A stretch of 64,000 nt of DNA. It comes from an uncultured Verrucomicrobiae bacterium. GTDB lineage: Bacteria > Verrucomicrobiota > Verrucomicrobiia > Chthoniobacterales > Chthoniobacteraceae. Of this stretch, positions 9,679-18,454 are shown one piece after another (position 1 is the stretch's first letter; every line of letters begins with the position of its first letter). The notes beneath the pieces were generated by a model that made no database searches, was not told where the DNA came from, and saw nothing but the letters and a program-made list of their open reading frames with translations. A program made the position numbers and the translations under genes. The stretch spans positions 576,001-640,000 of the forward strand of contig CAVYKI010000009.1 in NCBI GenBank assembly GCA_963769025.1, read 5' to 3'.

Positions 9679-12600
9679 TTACCAAGGCGAGAAGCGCTTG
9701 TTGTAAACGACGCGGAAGCGGTAAACTTCCTCCAGCGACTGCTTGTGGACATTGATCTTGGTCGTGCTGGTCGAGTTCGGATTGGGGTCGAGGCGCGGGT
9801 CCACAGGGTCCAGGAACCGCTCAATGGTGGTATGGCCACGAAATTCAGAGAGCACCTGATCCCGGCTTTCATCCCATGTCCTGTAATAGGCCGCTTCTCC
9901 GGCTGCATTGCCGGTATAGGCCCTTTGGCGGAGCGACTGCACGCGGTAGTGCACCGTGTAGGTGTTCGACTTCGTCGTGACGCGTGAATACAGGTCCGAA
10001 TACGGCTTCTCGCGGACGTTGTCCCCGGTGACGGTGCAGGTTTTCCACCAGTTCTTGATCGGTGCTTCGCCGGACTGAAAAGTCACGGTTGAGTTGTACT
10101 TGTTCGGCTGGCCCTTCGGGTAGAGGTAGCGCTCGCAGATCTGGCTCGCCGACTTGAAGAATCCACCGTTCCGGTTCCCCTTGTACTCGTCAAAGAAGGC
10201 ATCGATCGCTTTCACCGTTTCGTCGCGATCGATCAGGTAGCGCAGGTTTTCCGGGTTGTTCTGTCCCTGTTGGTTCGTCGTCTTGTAGCACAACTCGGTG
10301 GCTCCGCCCGACACCCTGGTGAGGCTGTTCGGGATTGCCGTGACCCGCAGCGGGTGAAGCGCGGCCCGGAGTGCGGTGGAGCGCTTGATGAAGCTGAATG
10401 GCATCAGCTGGTAGTTGAGGTTTACTTTGCCATCCGTCGAGAAGGGCTCGCTGATCGCATACGGCTCCACCACCGGCATGTTGAACAGGTCGAGCAAGAG
10501 ATGGTCCGGAGGAGTCTGAGCTCCGGGATGGTTGTCTCCCGCCGGGTTCGGGCAGAATAGGAGAGTCTTCCAGCCCGCCTTGTCCCAAGGAGCCTGCGGT
10601 GCGAGGAGCGAACCAAACATCACCGGGCTCGGAAGCTGCCGGTTGGGCGAGAAATACGTATCCAGCGGGGCGTTATAGACCCAGGTGCTGAAGTACGGCT
10701 CCACCCAGTTTTGCCACCCCGGACTCCCCGGCTTCTTGGTGCGGTCATACCATACTTGCACGATATTCCCCTCATCGGCTTTCCCGCAGTACGGTCCGTC
10801 GGGAAAGTTGCCGATCCCTGTGTCAAAGTCCGCCGCCTGGCCATCGAAGCGCTTTGCAATCACGGGATTGCCATTGTTTTTTGGAAGGTCCGGGCCCGAT
10901 CCACCCGCATATCGCGTACTTCCCAAGGCCACCAGCGAACCGGTCGTCGGCTGGCTGCCTTCACCGGGAAAGATGTTGTTGTCCGTCGGGTCGAAATAGA
11001 ATCCGCCGCTTCCAAAGCGGAGCGTCTGCGCCCGCCTGGTATTGGCCTTGTTGTAGTCCGGGTGGGCTGCAAAGGTCGTCACCGTTTGCTGGAGGTGAGC
11101 CGCCCTTGGGTCGGTCCCCGCCGCGTTCGTGCCGCCGGGGATCATGCTGCGGATCGTGTCTCCCGGCTGGAGGATGTTCAGATAGCGGCCCGCGTAATTC
11201 TTGCCGTCGCCACCCGTCTGCACGCCCGTCGTGGTGTCGTAGATGGTGAAAGGGTTGTAGTCCGGCAGGGCGCACCAGGCGATTCGCAAGGGCAGGTGGG
11301 CGGACATCCGGTAGCCGCCGGACCCCGTCCAATTATTCCCTCCGATGCCAGAATTCGGCGCAAATGTTGGCGCGTTGTCCGCATTCCAGCCAGGGGCTGT
11401 CCTGTCGAATCCACCCGTCACCTGACGGAAGGCCTGGCCCTTGGTGCCATTCGGCGTGTCGCGTTCCGTGATCGGCAGCGGCCATGCTGTGCCGGCCGGC
11501 CAGTTCAGCTTGATCGTCTGGGTCAGCTCGTTGTGGGGCGGAAGTCCATTTTGCGCCAAATCGACGTAACGGATCGTGACATCCATCGTGCCGCCCGAGA
11601 AGTCGAAGGTCTCCTGGGCGATGTTCACATTCACGCCGTCCAAGCCGCTGTCCGGATCGCCGATTTGCACGCGGACGCCGTCCATCTTCAACCGGCATGG
11701 GGTTTGGAAAGGGTAGTAGGCACTCGTGAAGGCCGCGATGGTGAGCGGCGTGCCCAGACTTCCGGCTGCTTCGTAGGTCATCGTCTGGCCGCCACTCCAA
11801 GGGTAAGGCTGAACGCCCGCGATGTTGCTCGTCTTGTCCTGCAGCGTGTGGAAGAAGCCCTCGGTCCCGCCAAAGTTTCGTCCACCATAGGTGGAACCGG
11901 AGGAGCGCCAGACATGGTTCTCACCCTTGCCCATTTTCAGCGATTGAAAGCCTTCCTTCTTGGTCCGGATTTGGAAATCGGACAGGTTCGTGATTTCATA
12001 CACGATGTTCTCCCGGGCTGTGCCGGAGGTGCTAAAGTCGGTGACCGGCCCGTATCCCTGCATCGGATTGAAGGTCTCAAACACCAGAAATGCCCGGACG
12101 ATGATGCCCGTCAGATCGTTCGCCTTCGACCATCCGTTCTCGGGCTGGTCAAACCTGGGGATTTGAGACCAGTTATATTCGACGTCCTCCGCATTGAGCG
12201 GATCGCTGGGTTTCGCCCTTTTTTTCCGATACAGGTAGCCTCCGTGATAGAAGACGAGGCTGGCCTCCGAGATCGTCGGAAACCGGCCGAATCCGGAAGT
12301 GGCCGTCGCCTTGATTCTCGTGGGAACGATGATGCCGCGCATCGCATAGCGGGCGAGCAGCTTCATTTTCACGGTTTGTGAATTCGGATCCGTGCTCTTG
12401 CCGTACTTTTCTTCGATGGCGCGATCCCGCGAAGTATCCTTCAGGTTGACGCTCCGGATGTAGTCGTAGATTTCCGTCAGGATTTGGTCGCGTCCGCCGG
12501 GGCCCGCGGAATACTTGGCCTCGAAACTGGAGCCGAAGCCGGGGATTCTTCCGTTGGTATTCGATGTGATGTCGCGCAGATAGGCAAAGACCTCCTTGTT

Positions 12601-14487
12601 CCGCTGACGGTTGAAATCACTCGTCGAACTGTACGGATCTTCCCGGTCGAAGATGAACTGCCCGGGCCGGCCCTGGGAATCCGAATTATCTGCCCAGTTG
12701 ATGGTTGCTCCCACCGTGGAGCAAAAGCGGAGCATGTCGTCGCTGAGGTTCCGGATACCCACGCCGATCAAGGTCCCCTCGCTCTTCGCGGACGAGACCG
12801 GCCAGATGGTCACGCGCGGTCGGCCGAAGAGATTCAGCTCCGGCGAACGGCTGTGCGCGGTGAGGAAGAAGCGAGCCTGATCCACCATCGTCGGCGTGAT
12901 CGAGTTTGGCTTGATGCCGATGACGGTCTCGGCCTTTTGCCGGGCGGAGCCGGACTTCTGCGACTTGTCGATGAGGGCCGTGTAAAAAAGTTCATCCACG
13001 GACCCGAGGAGGTGATAGGGATCGGAGTCCGTCTTGGTGTCGGTCGTTGGGATTGCGGGGCTGGTATAGCCGGCCTTCTTGAGCATCGGCAAATCCCCGG
13101 CAGTCGCCTTCAGGAGGTTGTTGAGGGGGTCGTTCGGATCGAGCGCAATGTTGGTGACAGGCTGATCGACGTTGGGCTCCAGGCGCTTCGTTCCGCCTTC
13201 CGAGCCATTATGGTAGGATCCATCCGTCCGTTTTCCGCGATAGCTCAGCCGCGGAGTCATCTGGTATAGCTTCGAGGACACGAATCCGGTCGTGCTGCTA
13301 GGCAGAAGGTTTTTCAGGACCAGCCCGAGCGACGTCGTCGAAGGGTGCCCGGGGTAACGCTGGAACTCGTTTTGGATCGGCTGGGAGTTTGCCAGGCCGC
13401 CGACGAACCTGGTCGCGTCGTTGATATTCAGGCCGCGGTCAAAAACCGTTTGCACGCGAGGCGTGTCCCAAAAGGAGCCGGCGTAAAATGCAGGATTAGT
13501 CTCCGGGCGATTTCCACTCGGCTTTGAATTGTCCAGATTCTTGTCCTCGGTCACGCCGTCGGGGAGAAGGTAGCCGCCCGCGGTGTTGACGTTGACCTTG
13601 CACGTGTCGTCGTCGGTCCAGAAAGCAATCCGGCCGACGATGGGGTTGTCCTTCGTCGGCACGCCGGTGGCGGTGCCGGTTGGCCCGACCGCTGTCCATG
13701 TGGCCTGGAGCCCTGTGTTGCCCGCAGCCGGGCCGGTGAGCGGCGTCGGTGCAGAGAGCGTGCCATCGCGAAGCACATAGAGCCAGCGCACCGGCATCGG
13801 CGCGTTGTTCTTCTTTAGGTCATCCCCCTGCGGCAGGGTGATTTCACATCCCTCGACCCAGTTGGTGATGTTGTTCGCCGTGTTCTGATTCAGCGCGGCA
13901 ATTCGCGCGACGGATGGATCCATGATGGGATAGCGCTTCACGGTGCCTCCACCGGCGGTGGTGCCCGGGACATCCACCGGCTCGTTGAGATCGGTAAAGA
14001 ACGCCGGCTGGTTCAGCCATCCCCCATTGCCTATCGGAACCTCAGCTTGCGCTCCGCTGCTGGGGTTGGTCAGCGAGGGGTCGAACTGCTGGATGTCGGT
14101 GCCCGAAACCACGAGGTTATGCGATGAATACAGTTTGTAGAAGGCGTAGGCCTGCGCGCTCGGCTGGCCGCCGGCAGAGCCGTAAACGCGGATCATCCCG
14201 GGCTGCGAAGCCCAGCAGCCGTTCTTGACGGTCGTGGCGGCCCGGATCTGGCCCATTACGACGCCGACCGCGGAGTCGGCGAGTTGCCTGGAGTTCACCC
14301 CTTCGGCATAGGATCGCGCGCCGCCAAGTTCGGAACTGACCCGGCTGAAAAAGCTGACCACCAGCGCGGTCAGCAGCACGACGAATGAGACAACGAGAAT
14401 CAGCGCCACTCCGCGGCGCTTGATGCGGTTCCGCCCGGCAGGTTGAAGCGGTTGATCCGGTTGCTGATGATCGGTGGGGACTTTCAT
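9679..14487 (-). CDS. Verru_Chthon cassette protein A (large PilX-like protein)
   Basis: N-terminal RRGVALILVV, WASQPGMIRVY, PVRWLYVLRDG, GRIAFWTDDDTCKVNVNTAGG, NEFQRYPGHPSTTSL, FSPNRQLPSPVMFGSL and C-terminal YRFRVVYNKRFSP. 1602 aa. Confidence 0.9.
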   Translation of the reverse strand: MKVPTDHQQPDQPLQPAGRNRIKRRGVALILVVSFVVLLTALVVSFFSRVSSELGGARSYAEGVNSRQLADSAVGVVMGQIRAATTVKNGCWASQPGMIRVYGSAGGQPSAQAYAFYKLYSSHNLVVSGTDIQQFDPSLTNPSSGAQAEVPIGNGGWLNQPAFFTDLNEPVDVPGTTAGGGTVKRYPIMDPSVARIAALNQNTANNITNWVEGCEITLPQGDDLKKNNAPMPVRWLYVLRDGTLSAPTPLTGPAAGNTGLQATWTAVGPTGTATGVPTKDNPIVGRIAFWTDDDTCKVNVNTAGGYLLPDGVTEDKNLDNSKPSGNRPETNPAFYAGSFWDTPRVQTVFDRGLNINDATRFVGGLANSQPIQNEFQRYPGHPSTTSLGLVLKNLLPSSTTGFVSSKLYQMTPRLSYRGKRTDGSYHNGSEGGTKRLEPNVDQPVTNIALDPNDPLNNLLKATAGDLPMLKKAGYTSPAIPTTDTKTDSDPYHLLGSVDELFYTALIDKSQKSGSARQKAETVIGIKPNSITPTMVDQARFFLTAHSRSPELNLFGRPRVTIWPVSSAKSEGTLIGVGIRNLSDDMLRFCSTVGATINWADNSDSQGRPGQFIFDREDPYSSTSDFNRQRNKEVFAYLRDITSNTNGRIPGFGSSFEAKYSAGPGGRDQILTEIYDYIRSVNLKDTSRDRAIEEKYGKSTDPNSQTVKMKLLARYAMRGIIVPTRIKATATSGFGRFPTISEASLVFYHGGYLYRKKRAKPSDPLNAEDVEYNWSQIPRFDQPENGWSKANDLTGIIVRAFLVFETFNPMQGYGPVTDFSTSGTARENIVYEITNLSDFQIRTKKEGFQSLKMGKGENHVWRSSGSTYGGRNFGGTEGFFHTLQDKTSNIAGVQPYPWSGGQTMTYEAAGSLGTPLTIAAFTSAYYPFQTPCRLKMDGVRVQIGDPDSGLDGVNVNIAQETFDFSGGTMDVTIRYVDLAQNGLPPHNELTQTIKLNWPAGTAWPLPITERDTPNGTKGQAFRQVTGGFDRTAPGWNADNAPTFAPNSGIGGNNWTGSGGYRMSAHLPLRIAWCALPDYNPFTIYDTTTGVQTGGDGKNYAGRYLNILQPGDTIRSMIPGGTNAAGTDPRAAHLQQTVTTFAAHPDYNKANTRRAQTLRFGSGGFYFDPTDNNIFPGEGSQPTTGSLVALGSTRYAGGSGPDLPKNNGNPVIAKRFDGQAADFDTGIGNFPDGPYCGKADEGNIVQVWYDRTKKPGSPGWQNWVEPYFSTWVYNAPLDTYFSPNRQLPSPVMFGSLLAPQAPWDKAGWKTLLFCPNPAGDNHPGAQTPPDHLLLDLFNMPVVEPYAISEPFSTDGKVNLNYQLMPFSFIKRSTALRAALHPLRVTAIPNSLTRVSGGATELCYKTTNQQGQNNPENLRYLIDRDETVKAIDAFFDEYKGNRNGGFFKSASQICERYLYPKGQPNKYNSTVTFQSGEAPIKNWWKTCTVTGDNVREKPYSDLYSRVTTKSNTYTVHYRVQSLRQRAYTGNAAGEAAYYRTWDESRDQVLSEFRGHTTIERFLDPVDPRLDPNPNSTSTTKINVHKQSLEEVYRFRVVYNKRFSPW

Positions 14488-14518
14488 GGCGTTACGATGC
14501 TTGGGATGGGACTGAAGA

Positions 14519-15628
14519 CTAGTTCACCTGGCTGCGGCTCCACTTGGCTCCGCGGATGCTCACGTTCGTGGAAAAAATGCGATAGGAGGCTTTTTTGGAA
14601 ACGAGGAGCTCCTGCAGTCTGGTGAGATCGCCCTTCGCGCCGGTCGATGCATTGTCGTCCAGCGACGCGGGATTGGTAAACAGGTTCAGGCCCGATAGCG
14701 GGTCGGGACTGTAGTTGATGCCCAGGTACGGGTCCGAGCCATGAAGGTCTTCCAGGCGCCGGGCGGATGGCTCGTCGATCGCCACCATCACCACTTGGAC
14801 GACGGGAGGAAGCTGGTTGATCGTGTTCAGGAGCGGATCCGCACGGTTGACGTTCGCGGAATTCGAGCTGTCGTATTGATAGTTCGGCGCAAGGATGGGG
14901 CCCGTTGACGAACCCTTTTGCTTTTTCCAAAGCTCCTCATCGCCCACCGACAGTCTTGGCAGCACGATTAACGCAACAATGTTTTCCGCAAGCACACGCA
15001 CGGGGCGGTCTGTGGTGGCGTTGATGAATGGGGCGAACCAGGTCGTTGCGAGCGGGGGCTGTGCCGACGGCGTGTAGATTCCCAGCTGTTCGGACGGCTG
15101 CATCAGCTCCATCAGGCGGTAACGTTTGCGCGGATCCACCGCGGTCTGGAGGAAGGTCGGGAGCTTGTCCGCGTCGCTCCCGATCTCCAGAAAGTATCCC
15201 CAAGTGTTAATCAGGTGATCGAGTGAACTGAGATTCGCACTTTGGATGGGATCGACCATGCCAATCGGCGCCTGGAAGAAAATGCCCTGGCCGGGCTGGA
15301 GATTTCCGTTGGGGCCGGTTCCTCCGGTGAGGTTTCGCATGGGGCCCGAGCGGAACCGCAGTTCCGCCGCGCGAATATAGCGGGTTGGCTTGGTGGGGTT
15401 GTCGTAGTCCCAGTATGTATTAAGGGTCGCCTGGGCAAGGCGGCGGGTCATGGCCTCAAAACCCACGCGGGCCTCCTGAAATTGCTCGACCTTGGCAGAC
15501 GTGGAGCGAACGAGGCGCTGCGTCTGGTCGGTCATCCCGAGCAGCACGACCATGAGCACGACGATGATGCCTGCCGACACCAGGACCTCGACAAGGGTGA
15601 ATCCGGAGTTTTGATGGTAAGATTTCAT
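14519..15628 (-). CDS. Verru_Chthon cassette protein C (PilW/GspJ-like prepilin)
   Basis: G|FTLVEVLVS prepilin cleavage/methylation site, then LAQATLNTYWDY, IFFQAPIG, RYRLMEL, QLPPVVQVVMVAIDE and GAKWS. Confidence 0.9.
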   Translation of the reverse strand: MKSYHQNSGFTLVEVLVSAGIIVVLMVVLLGMTDQTQRLVRSTSAKVEQFQEARVGFEAMTRRLAQATLNTYWDYDNPTKPTRYIRAAELRFRSGPMRNLTGGTGPNGNLQPGQGIFFQAPIGMVDPIQSANLSSLDHLINTWGYFLEIGSDADKLPTFLQTAVDPRKRYRLMELMQPSEQLGIYTPSAQPPLATTWFAPFINATTDRPVRVLAENIVALIVLPRLSVGDEELWKKQKGSSTGPILAPNYQYDSSNSANVNRADPLLNTINQLPPVVQVVMVAIDEPSARRLEDLHGSDPYLGINYSPDPLSGLNLFTNPASLDDNASTGAKGDLTRLQELLVSKKASYRIFSTNVSIRGAKWSRSQVN

Positions 15629-16260
15629 TTGCCCTGGTTGTTTCCGATGAGCGCGTAGTAGGTATAGATCTGCACGCCGGTGGTCTTCTGAAACAGGTTG
15701 CGATCCGGGGTGTTCGCATCGGTCGGTGCCGCGGAGACGATCGGGATGTCGCGGTCGCCCGGGTTACGGGCGACTTGCACGGTGGCTTGGGCGACGGCAC
15801 TGCCGAAATCGTTCTTCGTCGGGATCGCAGCGCGGGGGAGAATGCGGATATTGACGTAATAAACCAGACTCACCTTTTGAGCCGCGGAGAGTGTCTTGCC
15901 GTTTGACGGCACAAGCTCGGCGCCCTGTTCGTCGAAATAGCGAAGTGCAGGCGCGCTGATCGAGGGTGCGCGGAAACTGTAGTTCGCCACGCAATAGCTC
16001 TTGCCCGTCGGGTCGGGCGGGAGATTAGCCAAATCGATCACCTCGTTGAATTCCGCCTGCTCGAGGTCGTGCATGATGCGTTGGGCGATCTGGGCCGTGA
16101 CCGAGGTGTCCATGGCTTTCCGGAAATTCGTCATCCCCCCGGGCATCAGCCCCAGCAAAGCCACGAGCGCCACTGCCAGAATTCCGACGGCAATCGCAAC
16201 TTCGATCAGAGAGAAACCTGCTGCATTGCCCTGCCGGGGAGTGAGGGGGGGGCGAGTCAT
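15625..16260 (-). CDS. Verru_Chthon cassette protein B (PilV/GspI-like prepilin)
   Basis: G|FSLIEVAIAVGI...LLGLMPGGM and RYFDEQG motifs. ATGA overlap with gene C. Confidence 0.9.
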   Translation of the reverse strand: MTRPPLTPRQGNAAGFSLIEVAIAVGILAVALVALLGLMPGGMTNFRKAMDTSVTAQIAQRIMHDLEQAEFNEVIDLANLPPDPTGKSYCVANYSFRAPSISAPALRYFDEQGAELVPSNGKTLSAAQKVSLVYYVNIRILPRAAIPTKNDFGSAVAQATVQVARNPGDRDIPIVSAAPTDANTPDRNLFQKTTGVQIYTYYALIGNNQGK

Positions 16261-16358
16261 GGTGGATTTACAATGTGTTTACACGGATACGCGCCGTTTC
16301 CGGAGCTCGCAAGCAATTTTTTGCCTTTCCTCCAACCATTCCGGCCGGGACGAAATGG

Positions 16359-17099
16359 TTACCCGAGACATGGTTCCGGTTGCAATCCCTCCTGTGGCAC
16401 TTCGGCACCCGAGTCCAGCCAGAGGGCCTGCCGGGAAAAGGGGAATCGTGCGTGCCCATGGCCTGTCCAGCCGGCTTCCCGGGCCAGTTCGGCCATCTCA
16501 TGGAATGAAAAGGCGCGCTCCGCCGAGACCCTCCCGTCGTGGCGCGTCATCGCGTCGCGGTAGATGAACTGTGTGAGCAGCCAGACACCCGCCGTGGTGA
16601 AAGGCGAACGCACGAGATCCGCTGCGAGCACCCATCGCCGCGTCAGCCGGGCGCAGTGCCGCAAAAGCGCGACAGCATCCGAATCGCTGAAATGGTGCAG
16701 TGCCAGCGCGCAGTGGATCATGTCAAATTCCCCGGGCGATCCGTGGCTCAGGGAGTCTCCCTCGACGAAGTGGATCTCATCGTAGCCGGTGCTCAGGCTG
16801 CGCGCGATCTCGAGGGTGGAGGGATTGGAATCCACCGCGGTGATCCGGATCCGGATGCCGTGCGACCTCGCAAAGTCCGCCATCACGCGCGGCAGGTCGC
16901 CAGCCCCCGTGCAAAGATCCAGCACGCGGTAGCTCGCTCCCGGCGACCACCACCGGCGCATGAAATGCCGGAGCAGCCGGTGGCTTCCGAACCAGCGGTT
17001 CAGGCTGACAAGGTTTGCGAGATCGCGCCCCAATTCCTCCGAAATCGGCTGCGGACGATCCATCAGTTCCGGGTCAGTGGGATCGAAACGGCGGGGCAT
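16359..17099 (-). CDS. Class I SAM-dependent methyltransferase
   Basis: ELMD...LNRWFG, VLDLCTGAGD, ALHHFSD and TRHDGRVSAERAFS. ATG at 17099. Confidence 0.85.
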   Translation of the reverse strand: MPRRFDPTDPELMDRPQPISEELGRDLANLVSLNRWFGSHRLLRHFMRRWWSPGASYRVLDLCTGAGDLPRVMADFARSHGIRIRITAVDSNPSTLEIARSLSTGYDEIHFVEGDSLSHGSPGEFDMIHCALALHHFSDSDAVALLRHCARLTRRWVLAADLVRSPFTTAGVWLLTQFIYRDAMTRHDGRVSAERAFSFHEMAELAREAGWTGHGHARFPFSRQALWLDSGAEVPQEGLQPEPCLG

Positions 17100-17238
17100 G
17101 GTTGGGGCGGGGAGTATTCGCGCGGACGTTCTGGGGAGAATTCCGCGCACGGATGCTCGGTTTGCGATAGTGAACGCTATTTCGCCGGGGACCAGCCAGT
17201 GTTTTCCGTGGCGAAAGCAAACACGTCCCTGCATCCGG

Positions 17239-18339
17239 TCACTGCGTTTGCAAGTAGCGGATCAGCATCTTCGCCGTCGGGCTTTTCCCCGAGCGCACAT
17301 AGTATCCGCTCGTCGCCACGGCGATCTGCAGGCTCGCCGCGAGAGCAAGTCCGCGAGTTCGCCCGAGGCAAAAGCCTGCATTGAAGTGATCCCCGGCGCC
17401 GGTCGCGATCTTCGGCTTTGCGCATGCGCGCCCGGCGACATGCGCCGCACCCGTAGCGTCCGCCGCCGCTGCAAAGCGCGTGGGATGGATCACGACTGTA
17501 TCGAGCCCCAGCGCATTCCGGATGCGCGACGCGGCATGGGCCACTGCCTGCCGGGTTTCCTCGATGCCGCCCAAGCCGAGCACGTCCACCACCTGCCGCG
17601 CCTCGCCCAAGTTCATCCCGAGGATCACCCGTGCATGTTTTTCGTAACGGCTGATCAGGCGCAGGACGTTTTTCAGGTCGGCGCGGGATCGTTTTGCGGG
17701 GTCCGCGAGATCAAAAAACATCCAGCGGCGGGGCCCCGTCATTTTCGGGAGGATCCGCGTGAGGATGTTGCGGATGATGCCCGTGAGCTGGCTGAGCATC
17801 GTCCAGTTCACCACGGCGATCAGCTGCGATTCCGAGAGCAGCGCCACGAGCTGCGACTCGGGAATGCACCGGACGAGATTCCGCCAGTTCACCGCGGAGA
17901 GCGCGGAAAGTTTTCCGCAAAGGAGTTTGCCATCCGCGAATTCCAACGCATCCGTCTGTCCCGGATCGGCGAGCGAGATGACGCGTGCGCGCCGTGCGAA
18001 ATCCGCGAACACGGGATGGAGCGCGGGCTCGCCGAGCGCGCCGGCATAGGTCACCTCAAGACCGAGCGCGAGCAGTGCATTGGCCATGATCGGACCGTTC
18101 CCGCCGAGCTTCACGAATTGCGGCACGAGTTCGAAATTCGCGCTCACGCCGGATGCCGCCGCGATGTGTCGCGACCACTCGGCCATCGACTCGAAGCGCT
18201 CGTATTTCTCCGGCGAGCGGCGCGTTTTCACCACGTGGAGAATCGTGTCCACAAATCCGTCGAAGCCGATGAGCGCTTTCATTCCGGGCGGCGATGCGTT
18301 GCGGCGGAGCAGGCTGGCCGTGCGCCTTGGGAGACTCAT
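17239..18339 (-). CDS. PfkB/ribokinase-family carbohydrate kinase-like protein
   Basis: IGFDGFVD, KLGGNGPIMANAL and C-terminal TGAGDHFNAGF signature. Start uncertain (alternative ATG ~18282). Confidence 0.8.
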   Translation of the reverse strand: MSLPRRTASLLRRNASPPGMKALIGFDGFVDTILHVVKTRRSPEKYERFESMAEWSRHIAAASGVSANFELVPQFVKLGGNGPIMANALLALGLEVTYAGALGEPALHPVFADFARRARVISLADPGQTDALEFADGKLLCGKLSALSAVNWRNLVRCIPESQLVALLSESQLIAVVNWTMLSQLTGIIRNILTRILPKMTGPRRWMFFDLADPAKRSRADLKNVLRLISRYEKHARVILGMNLGEARQVVDVLGLGGIEETRQAVAHAASRIRNALGLDTVVIHPTRFAAAADATGAAHVAGRACAKPKIATGAGDHFNAGFCLGRTRGLALAASLQIAVATSGYYVRSGKSPTAKMLIRYLQTQ

Positions 18340-18454
18340 GCGCAGTGGTGTATGCACGCGCCGCAGCGGCGTCGCGGAAAAAGTGATCCTCGTTGCGAGC
18401 GCGGTGCGCAGCGGGGTGTCGGTCGGCACGCCGGAGGGCGTGCAAATGTGGCGG

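Noticed and set aside
14484..14930. 148-aa minus-strand ORF as the missing cassette D gene
   Set aside because: Lies almost wholly inside gene C in another frame and has no prepilin motif.
16313..16326. Sigma54-like AGGCAAAAAATTGC upstream of cassette gene B
   Set aside because: GG-to-GC spacing is 9 rather than 10. It would only fit if the homopolymer is miscalled.
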